Positions 56,980 to 64,000 of a stretch of 64,000 nucleotides of DNA are shown here, piece by piece. How positions within the stretch are numbered: the first letter of the stretch is position 1; every line of letters starts with the position of its first letter. The stretch is from positions 76,319-140,318 of IMG/VR virus record IMGVR_UViG_2645728028_000002; one strand, written 5' to 3'. A program made the position numbers and the translations under genes. The DNA comes from a virus. Lineage: Duplodnaviria; Caudoviricetes. Under the pieces are notes generated by a model that saw only the letters and a list, made by a program, of their open reading frames with translations, searched no databases and was not told the origin of the DNA.

Positions 56980-57237
56980 TTGGAAAAACCCATAGGTAAG
57001 ATAACTAAAGATGAGTTTGATTACATAGAATTATTCGTGCAACATGAGCAATTATATAAAGAATTCCAATGTGCAAATTCAGTAGCAGTTGATTTATTTG
57101 ATATATGCATTGAAATGCTAAATGATCCTAAAATATCAAAAGAAACTTTAGACAAAATTATTCCGAAACTAAACACAGTTAATGAAATATTAAATAGAGG
57201 ATATGAGTGGGGAGTAGTAAAAGATACAGTAAATTAA
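56980..57237 (+). CDS. hypothetical protein
   Basis: AAGGAGG RBS; flanked by repeat sites 56939 and 57239. Confidence 0.65.
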   Translation: MEKPIGKITKDEFDYIELFVQHEQLYKEFQCANSVAVDLFDICIEMLNDPKISKETLDKIIPKLNTVNEILNRGYEWGVVKDTVN

Positions 57238-57283
57238 GATCAAACGTTGATATTATCGTAATTTTAAAGGAAGAGGTAATTTT

Positions 57284-57673
57284 ATGGAAGCATATAATCA
57301 ATTGATAAAATTAGGCAGAAAAATTAAGAGTGATAAATCCATAAAGGATCGTAGTCCAGAATATATTGTTAATGAGATAGACAGTATTGAAAAGAAGCTT
57401 CAGTGGTCTTCTATTGATGACTTTTTTAAGCTATTCCCACCAGTTAAAAAGAACGCTGACGATGGGACTTGGAACTATAAAAGCGCATTAGAGTTTATCA
57501 GAATAAATTTCGGTGAGCGCTTTGGGAGAGATGATTTTAAAAAAATAATAACTAATGGTTTATATGAAAACCCATATTTATTCAAGGTTGGAGTAGCTTA
57601 TTTAATTTCTTTATCAAGAGTAGATGACGAAGAAATGTTGGAACGCATAATTGACGTAAAATTCATTGATTGA
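57284..57673 (+). CDS. hypothetical protein
   Basis: GAGGT RBS. Confidence 0.65.
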   Translation: MEAYNQLIKLGRKIKSDKSIKDRSPEYIVNEIDSIEKKLQWSSIDDFFKLFPPVKKNADDGTWNYKSALEFIRINFGERFGRDDFKKIITNGLYENPYLFKVGVAYLISLSRVDDEEMLERIIDVKFID

Positions 57674-57881
57674 ATAATTTAACAATAAATAATCAAAACA
57701 AAAGGAGTTGAATGAACAATGTTCAAAATGAAGCTGCCAGAATATCGTGATATGCGAGAAGATTACTATCTATCCCAAGGGATGAGTGTGGAAGATGCTG
57801 AATTTGAAGCTTGGGGAGATATTGTATTAGCAACACAGAAAGATGAATGGAAGTTGTAATATAAAATAATTTACTAATTGA

Positions 57882-58589
57882 GTGATTTTGTTGAAACGAA
57901 AATTTGAAACTTTTACCTTAGAAGAATTACAGCTAAAAATGACAAATATTATTCATGAGTGGTTAAATGTAGACAATTTGAAATTTTTGAATTCTAAGCC
58001 AGCAATAAAACCTGTTAATCCTTTTAATAAAAAGAGTCATAAATATAATAAAGAAGATGGATTCAAGATTACATTCTTTGCTCAAGAGATGGTTCCGCTT
58101 GAAAATCAAAGTCCAGAAAGATATGAGTTTAATATTCAGAACTATTTAGATGAAGATGATTCAGAAACATATGGTCACATTATTTTGGAAGTTAAAGAGA
58201 AACTAGATAATTTTACTTATTGGCTCAAAAAGCAGCATGAAGAGAAAGAGAGAGCAATGTATTCAGATGATTATGATGATGAAGATAGTGATTACGTTGA
58301 TTATGATACCTTATTGCACAATCTTGGCTTGAAGGAAAGCGATGATGGAGACTGGGAACCGGATGACAGTCCTCATTATATTTATGATGACACTTTCGAT
58401 GATGACTACGGTATCGAGGAATACGAACTAAAAGAAACGAAAGAAGTGTGTATCAATGAAAATAAAGGGGAGTTTATGGTAATTAACAAATGGATTCCTG
58501 ATTTTTATAAGAGCGACTGCTACTTTAAACATCACAAATTGATTTATAAATCGAATAAAGAAAGCTTAGAAGATGTCTTTGGTGACTAA
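57882..58589 (+). CDS. acidic hypothetical protein
   Basis: D/E/Y-rich central tract. Confidence 0.6.
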   Translation: MILLKRKFETFTLEELQLKMTNIIHEWLNVDNLKFLNSKPAIKPVNPFNKKSHKYNKEDGFKITFFAQEMVPLENQSPERYEFNIQNYLDEDDSETYGHIILEVKEKLDNFTYWLKKQHEEKERAMYSDDYDDEDSDYVDYDTLLHNLGLKESDDGDWEPDDSPHYIYDDTFDDDYGIEEYELKETKEVCINENKGEFMVINKWIPDFYKSDCYFKHHKLIYKSNKESLEDVFGD

Positions 58590-58668
58590 TTTAAAATAAT
58601 CAAATACAAAGGGAAATAACGTTACATAAGTGCTGCGCAGCCTCCATTGATCAGGAGGAAGAGGAAAG

Positions 58669-60189
58669 TTGGCTATTTTAGAGGAAGCAATACAATTAAA
58701 ATGGAGTAACAGTATAAAAAAATACTATATTGGAAAAGGGTACACTTTTACTAGAACGGGTGATATATTCATTGTACACACTGATGATTTACCCACTGGA
58801 AGTAGTTTTAAAGTTACAAAGATATGCGATGATTGTGGAAAATGTATTAAAAATCAAGTTTATAGTAGTATTTTAAAGAATAGAAATCAAGATGGAAAAG
58901 ACAGATGTAAGAAATGTGGGGCAATTTACAGTGGTGAAGTTAGAAAAAATAATGTTAAATACGTAAAATCATTAGACTATTATGCAAAATTAAATAGCAA
59001 AGAATATTTATTGCAAGAATTTAGTGAAAAAAATAATAAATTACCCAAGGATATCTCTTTCGGAACAAATGAAATTTATCTATGGAATTGTCCAGATTGT
59101 AAAAGTGAGTATGATATGAGTGTAAGCAATAGAAAGAATAGAAATTGTCCTTTTTGTAGAGGTTCTCGTGTAAATGAAACAAATTGTTTATGGACTACTC
59201 ATTCTAATATAGCAATGCTATTAACTTATCCGGAAAGAGGGTATAAAATAACTTCTGGAAGCAATAAGAAAGAAAAGTTTACTTGCCCTAATTGTAAACA
59301 TGAAGAGTCAAAAGTCATTCAGAGCGTAGTAAATAGAGGACTTTCATGTTCAGCATGTTCAGATGGACTGAGTTATCCTCAGAAGTTCATGTTTAACATG
59401 TTAAAACAATTAAATATTAAATTTGAGAATGAAAAAATATTCAAATGGTCTAAAAGTGTAAAACATAATAATAGTAAATTAATAGGATTAAAAAGATATG
59501 ATTTTTACATACCGTCTTTAAGTATGATTATTGAAACTCATGGGGGACAACACTATAGTGATGGTTTTCAGCACTTAAATGGTAAGAATTTAGAAGAAGA
59601 ACAAGAAAATGATAGGTTAAAAGAAAAACTAGCTAAAGAAAATGGAATCAAAGACTATATACAAATTGATTGTAAGAGATCAGAATTAGACTATATAAGA
59701 ATCAATATATTATCAAAATTATCTAATTTGCTTAATTTAAAAAATATTGATTGGGAAGACTGTCATAAATTCGCATGTTCATCATTAGTTAATTCAGTAT
59801 GTGGTATATGGAGTGAAGGTATTGAAAGCACCAGTCAAATAATGAAATTATTAAATTTGAGTAGGGCAACAGTTATTAGATACTTAAAGAAAGGTCATAT
59901 AATTGGAATCTGTTCATATGATCCTAAAGAGGAAATGAGAAAAGCTGCGGAAGCTTCAAGGCGAAAACGAATAAACTATAATCGTAATTCAAGAAAAGTA
60001 ATGCAATTATCTGCAAGTGGAGATAACTATATTAAAGAATGGATTAGTGCTGAAGAAATTTCAAAAAATATAAAGATACATCAAAACAGCATTCGAAGAG
60101 TCTGCAGTGGAAAACGTAAAACAGCTGGTGGCTACAAGTGGATGTACAAAGAAGATTACGAGGAATACATAAAGCAAGCTGCAAATTAA
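58669..60189 (+). CDS. multi-zinc-ribbon, PD-(D/E)XK-like and NUMOD1-HTH putative homing endonuclease
   Basis: Repeated CxxC ribbons; RYDFYIP...IIETHGGQHY; C-terminal SIRRVCSGKRKTAGGYKWMY. Confidence 0.75.
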   Translation: MAILEEAIQLKWSNSIKKYYIGKGYTFTRTGDIFIVHTDDLPTGSSFKVTKICDDCGKCIKNQVYSSILKNRNQDGKDRCKKCGAIYSGEVRKNNVKYVKSLDYYAKLNSKEYLLQEFSEKNNKLPKDISFGTNEIYLWNCPDCKSEYDMSVSNRKNRNCPFCRGSRVNETNCLWTTHSNIAMLLTYPERGYKITSGSNKKEKFTCPNCKHEESKVIQSVVNRGLSCSACSDGLSYPQKFMFNMLKQLNIKFENEKIFKWSKSVKHNNSKLIGLKRYDFYIPSLSMIIETHGGQHYSDGFQHLNGKNLEEEQENDRLKEKLAKENGIKDYIQIDCKRSELDYIRINILSKLSNLLNLKNIDWEDCHKFACSSLVNSVCGIWSEGIESTSQIMKLLNLSRATVIRYLKKGHIIGICSYDPKEEMRKAAEASRRKRINYNRNSRKVMQLSASGDNYIKEWISAEEISKNIKIHQNSIRRVCSGKRKTAGGYKWMYKEDYEEYIKQAAN

Positions 60190-60213
60190 ATACATAAAAA
60201 TTCCAAATAATGC

Positions 60214-60242
60214 TTGATTAATATAAAATAATTAAATATAAT
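60214..60242 (+). promoter_or_regulatory. sigma-A promoter with operator
   Basis: TTGATT-17(aatataaaataattaaa)-TATAAT. Confidence 0.7.
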
Positions 60243-60265
60243 AAATATAGATAAAGTGAAGGGAG

Positions 60266-60469
60266 GTGAAATTAATGCTAAACGAATATGCTTCAAGTTT
60301 TACTAGTGATCTAGGTCAAAAAATGGATTTAACATACTATCCAGATGAAAATAAAGTCTACATAAGTATTGATGAAAATGTTGAAGTAAATCCTGTACTT
60401 GTTTTAACAAAAGAAGACGTTGAGTGTTTAGGGAAATTATTAATATCAATAAATGAAATAAGCAAATAA
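60266..60469 (+). CDS. hypothetical protein
   Basis: GGGAGG RBS; stop codon in repeat site 60466. Confidence 0.6.
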   Translation: MKLMLNEYASSFTSDLGQKMDLTYYPDENKVYISIDENVEVNPVLVLTKEDVECLGKLLISINEISK

Positions 60470-60497
60470 AATGGTAGTTTGATTGACTTGAAGGGAG

Positions 60498-60845
60498 GTG
60501 AAGAAAATGAACGAACAAATTATTATTGATGATCAAGAGATATCAACATATATAAGTGAAGAGTTAACTAAGAAAGGTGTCAACTTGAGTAAAGAAAATA
60601 TTCTTGCTGTGTTGGATTTAGAATTTGAATTTTTGAGATTAAAAGGTGTAATTGAAGAAGATGCCACAGAAGAAAGTGATGAGAATTATGTCTCAGTTTT
60701 AAAAGACTTTCTTTATGGTATGAAGGAATCGATTGAGCAACTTGAAAAAGATGTATCAGAACTTAAAAATAAAAATAGGGAAGACGATGGGAAACTCGCT
60801 GTGGAAATTTTAAGTAATTTAAATTTGGTCGAAAAGAATAAATAA
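60498..60845 (+). CDS. hypothetical protein
   Basis: GGGAGG RBS. Confidence 0.65.
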   Translation: MKKMNEQIIIDDQEISTYISEELTKKGVNLSKENILAVLDLEFEFLRLKGVIEEDATEESDENYVSVLKDFLYGMKESIEQLEKDVSELKNKNREDDGKLAVEILSNLNLVEKNK

Positions 60846-60871
60846 TTAAAACCAAGGAGAGTGTGTGAGAG

Positions 60872-61444
60872 ATGAAAACGAACATTGAAATTAGAAATTT
60901 TGAAAAAGGTGTTAAGCATATTTACTTTTCAAAGGGTGTTCAGGAAATTTTAAGAGGATCTAAAAATATTACATTAAAGTTAAAAAGAAGTAATATGGGC
61001 GATGCTTCAAAAATTGAAGATGTAAATATATTTCTTAAACTAGTCGACATCGAGAAGAATATTGATAGAGTAGTATTCTCTTCATCAAAGCAAACATTTA
61101 ATTGGGGAGAAGAATGGGAAATTAATTTACCAGATGGAATTAGTGTGACTGACTTAGAATTGTCTCATAGTAGAGATACAGGTATCAATCTATCCAGTAT
61201 GATTTTTGAAGTTGAAGAAAACTACAGTGTAAATAATACAACAGTTGATATAGTTAAGTATTCGTGGGACAAATGTAAAGAAATAATCAATGAAAACACC
61301 AAACCGATAAGTTTTGAAGAGTTTCAGTCAAAAGCTTTACATAAATTACAAAGGCAATTCCTAAGTATTCCAGACACAAAAGATACTGTACTAACTAGAA
61401 AGAATATTGTTGAGATGATTAAGGATTTAAAAGAATTAATCTAA
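60872..61444 (+). CDS. hypothetical protein
   Basis: AAGGAG RBS. Confidence 0.65.
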   Translation: MKTNIEIRNFEKGVKHIYFSKGVQEILRGSKNITLKLKRSNMGDASKIEDVNIFLKLVDIEKNIDRVVFSSSKQTFNWGEEWEINLPDGISVTDLELSHSRDTGINLSSMIFEVEENYSVNNTTVDIVKYSWDKCKEIINENTKPISFEEFQSKALHKLQRQFLSIPDTKDTVLTRKNIVEMIKDLKELI

Positions 61445-61514
61445 ATAAAATAATTTAATATTAAAGGGTGAGATGGAAATATATCTTACCCTTTCTTTCT
61501 AAAGAGGTGATTAC

Positions 61515-62081
61515 TTGGTTAAAGAACTAAAACTAACCGTAAAAGGCATTCCTCCTTCAGTCAACCATTACATGGGTTACAGAGGGGTTAGAAAGGGTAA
61601 TGGTTGCATGGTTATGGCTTACACTAAACCAGAAGCCAATAAATTTAAAAAAGAATTCTCTACATATGCAAAAGAACAAGTTGAGCTGCAACAATGGGAT
61701 ATTGAATCAACACGAGATGTTCATCATTACCTTGACTGTATATTTTACTTTGATCGAACAGATAAAGACGAGCAAAATTACATGAAAGTCCTTTGTGACG
61801 CATTAAATGGAATAGCGTACATAGATGATAAGAAGATTTTAACAAGAACTCATGAAGTGTTTTATGATTCAAAGAGTCCTAGAATTGAGATTACTATTAA
61901 ACCAGTTACATATAGAGGAATATTTAATGATGAAATACATATGGAAGTATTTGAGAATAAATGTAAGATCTGCAAGAGGTATAAAAGGAATTGTAGCATT
62001 TTGAATAAAGCAAAAGAAGGACGTATCCAGAGTGAGATTGATGAAGATTTTATTTGTAGAAAGTTCAATAATATAAAATAA
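61515..62081 (+). CDS. rusA: RusA-family Holliday-junction resolvase
   Basis: PPSVNHY...DEQNYMKVLCDALNGIAYIDDK...PRIEITI. Confidence 0.85.
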   Translation: MVKELKLTVKGIPPSVNHYMGYRGVRKGNGCMVMAYTKPEANKFKKEFSTYAKEQVELQQWDIESTRDVHHYLDCIFYFDRTDKDEQNYMKVLCDALNGIAYIDDKKILTRTHEVFYDSKSPRIEITIKPVTYRGIFNDEIHMEVFENKCKICKRYKRNCSILNKAKEGRIQSEIDEDFICRKFNNIK

Positions 62082-62158
62082 TCAATTATAAAATAGTGAA
62101 AATGTAGGTAATAGGACAAACAAACCCATACATATGTACATAGCAAGAGGTGAATTAA

Positions 62159-62350
62159 ATGCAAGCAACCACAACTATGATTGATGGTGTTGAGTATTCA
62201 ATTAGCGAGACAGAGTCTCAAACCATCCTAAAGTCATTACACAAGGATGAATTCGGTTTTCATTGTACGATGAGGTTCACAAAAAATAAAGCAGAGAGTG
62301 ATTTAGCTAAAGAGAATTTATATGATTTATTTGCAAGAGAAATCGTTTGA
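62159..62350 (+). CDS. small protein, candidate recombination directionality factor
   Basis: 63 aa, GAGGTG RBS, immediately upstream of the serine integrase. Confidence 0.45.
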   Translation: MQATTTMIDGVEYSISETESQTILKSLHKDEFGFHCTMRFTKNKAESDLAKENLYDLFAREIV

Positions 62351-62416
62351 TTTCTCTATTTTTATTGCTAAAATAAGTGTTATAAAATTATTAGCCAGAG
62401 GAGATAAAAACACACA

Positions 62417-64000
62417 ATGAAAAGAGTATGGAATCTTTATCGAGTTTCAACTAAAGGACAAGTTAATCCAGAAGAAGATATACCTATGCAACGTAATTCT
62501 TGTTTAAAATTTATTGAGAGTCAAACGGACTGGAAACTAGAAAATGAATTGTATGAAAAAGGTGTGTCAGGCTGGAAAAATAAAACTGATGACCGTGACG
62601 CTCTTGTACAGATTAAAAAAGCAGCAGAAAATAAAGAGTTCGACATCCTCTTAGTTTTCATGTATGACAGGTTAGGTAGACGAGAAGATGAGACTCCATT
62701 AGTTGTTCAATACCTTGTTGATCACGGAGTAGAGGTTTGGTCTGTTAAAGAGGGACAGAGAAAGATAGCAGATCACACAGATTTATTAATTAACTACATT
62801 ACATTTTGGCAGTCTTCAGGTGAGAGTAAAAAGACCTCGATGCGTGTTAAAGAAATCATTGAGCAAATGAATGAAAAAGGTCAATATACGGGAACAACTC
62901 CTCCATATGGATATGAAGTATATGACACTGGTGAGAAGCACTGGAAATATGATAAGAATGTAAAAGACATGAGAATTAATGAAGACGAGAAAAAAGTAGT
63001 GGAGATTATATTTGATTTATATATAAATAAAGGCTATGGAGTTTCTAGGATAGCAAAATATTTAAATTCCTCTGGATATAAAACGAGAAGTGAGAAGAAC
63101 TTTAGGATAAATACAATATTTAGTATATTAAAAAACCCTATCTACACAGGTATAAAAAGATACAATGTGAAAAACAAAAATAATCATGATGAAGTATTAC
63201 CTAAGTCTGAGTGGAAGTATGCTAAGAAGAGGGATGACTGGGCATTTATTGATGAAGAAGTGTTTGATAAAGTTCAAGAAATAATGAAAATGAGAAAAGA
63301 TAAACAAGGTACTCTTCCGAACAAAGGTAAGTTACTTTTAAACGGGATCGCTATATGCGGTTACTGTGGAAATAAAATGTACAGTGATGTGACTAGGACA
63401 AGTTATACCCTTAAAGACGGTACAAAGAAGGAGCGTATCATAAGACGGTATAGATGTTTAGCTGCTAGAACTTCTGATACTCAACATGACAAAGCACTAT
63501 ATGCTTCCGATAAACACGAGAAGGCATTTTACAGATTATTTATTAAACAAATAGAAATATTGCTCAAAAATAAAGAAAACTTGATTAAATCTAGACAAGC
63601 AAATAATAAAAATACTTTTACTCAGTTAGAGAGTGAAATTGACATCCTCATCAAAGATAAGAATAAGCTTGAAAAAGACTTAACTATTCTCAATAATGAA
63701 ATAACAAAAAGCTTGTTAGGGGAAAGTTCGTTTAGCCCAGATCAATTGAGCAATATTATAAAAACGAAAGAAACAGAAAAGGATGGACTGGGTAAAATTA
63801 TTGAAAGTAAGAAGGAAATATTGGATAGAAAAAAGAAAACTTTAGAAAAAGAAGATGAATTTGTATTATCACTGCAAAAGATTAAGGATACATTTGACAA
63901 GGCTGATTTAGACACTAAGAAAATGATGATATCTAGTGTCGTTAAGCAAGTGATGTTTAAAAAGGACGAATTAGATATCACATTTAAAGTTAGTATATAG
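62417..64000 (+). CDS. large serine recombinase (phage integrase)
   Basis: YRVST catalytic Ser, GVSG, DRLGR, PYGY recombinase domain, CGYCG...YRC zinc ribbon, coiled coil. Confidence 0.95.
   Translation: MKRVWNLYRVSTKGQVNPEEDIPMQRNSCLKFIESQTDWKLENELYEKGVSGWKNKTDDRDALVQIKKAAENKEFDILLVFMYDRLGRREDETPLVVQYLVDHGVEVWSVKEGQRKIADHTDLLINYITFWQSSGESKKTSMRVKEIIEQMNEKGQYTGTTPPYGYEVYDTGEKHWKYDKNVKDMRINEDEKKVVEIIFDLYINKGYGVSRIAKYLNSSGYKTRSEKNFRINTIFSILKNPIYTGIKRYNVKNKNNHDEVLPKSEWKYAKKRDDWAFIDEEVFDKVQEIMKMRKDKQGTLPNKGKLLLNGIAICGYCGNKMYSDVTRTSYTLKDGTKKERIIRRYRCLAARTSDTQHDKALYASDKHEKAFYRLFIKQIEILLKNKENLIKSRQANNKNTFTQLESEIDILIKDKNKLEKDLTILNNEITKSLLGESSFSPDQLSNIIKTKETEKDGLGKIIESKKEILDRKKKTLEKEDEFVLSLQKIKDTFDKADLDTKKMMISSVVKQVMFKKDELDITFKVSI

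Larger units (their letters stand above)
682..60483. repeat. Dispersed 18-bp palindrome ATAA(A/T)A-N6-T(T/A)TTAT at gene junctions (~40 copies; candidate cassette-boundary recombination sites)
   Basis: Perfect ATAAAA-N6-TTTTAT starts at 16552, 19040, 23877, 27741, 28301, 28498, 30808, 31601, 43867, 52932, 56152. Variants with 1-2 mismatches start at 682, 5374, 6112, 7196, 8487, 8956, 9560, 9753, 10104, 10697, 17613, 18744, 20123, 20922, 22420, 24162, 25046, 25367, 25560, 26488, 26721, 29540, 30309, 44235, 44996, 46181, 46798, 56485, 56939, 57239, 60466. Confidence 0.85.
1..64000. mobile_element. SPbeta-like temperate phage/prophage segment (early, replication and integration region)
   Basis: Gene content and order parallel SPbeta: aimR-aimP, yopPQRS-like, yorF-K-like replication operon, MTase, yosL-nrdIEF, thyA, terminal serine recombinase. 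Dense co-oriented small ORFs with Bacillus-type RBSs. Confidence 0.93.

Noticed and set aside
682-60483. Reading the 18-bp junction repeats as a CRISPR array or as intrinsic terminators
   Set aside because: They are separated by whole genes, not 30-40 bp spacers, and no cas genes are present. The all-A/T 6-bp stems are too weak for terminators and lie inside apparent operons.
2057-63981. Numerous minus-strand and alternate-frame ORFs in the track (e.g. 11166..11645, 18043..18384, 38342..38689, 46777..47175, 7667..7936, 50736..50966)
   Set aside because: They are shadows of well-supported genes, with F/S/L/I-rich composition and no RBS. Only 7496..7843, 15002..15214 and 20402..20641 are accepted on the minus strand.
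1-64000. tRNA, rRNA or IS transposase genes; virion structural genes
   Set aside because: None were recognisable by eye. A tRNAscan or Infernal run would be needed to exclude small RNAs.

Overview
AT-rich, almost entirely + strand segment of an SPbeta-like temperate phage or prophage of a Bacillaceae host, covering the early, regulatory and replication half (no virion structural genes seen). In order: a partial Xre regulator; an arbitrium locus (aimR, plus an unannotated aimP ending in DPKPGG); about 8 kb of small genes; the SPbeta-like repression module (yopP/yopQ/yopR-mrpR/yopS-like); a ~15 kb array of small accessory genes that includes host-like sporulation genes (yjbA, yyaC, alpha/beta SASP, YhbH-like); a replication operon (SSB-like, AAA ATPase, DnaB helicase, primase, RecJ, family-A polymerase); a 3D-domain gene apparently decoded by an RF2-like +1 frameshift; a C5 methyltransferase; a YosL-like MazE mimic; nrdH-nrdI-nrdE-nrdF-ymaB-thyA-dfr; free-standing homing-type endonucleases; RusA; and a large serine integrase that ends at the last base. 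The most striking unexplained signal is an 18-bp palindrome, ATAA(A/T)A-N6-T(T/A)TTAT with a variable spacer. About 40 copies (counted by eye) sit at stop-codon/RBS junctions of accessory genes, and none were seen inside the core operons. Together with a catalytically intact tyrosine recombinase, this suggests an integron-like gene-cassette system in the phage (inference). Two further repeated motifs look like operators: ATAAAATAATTTAATA in sigma-A promoter spacers (probable master-repressor site) and TCCAA-N18-TTGGA (3 copies, candidate AimR box). All family assignments come from motif recognition, not database searches.
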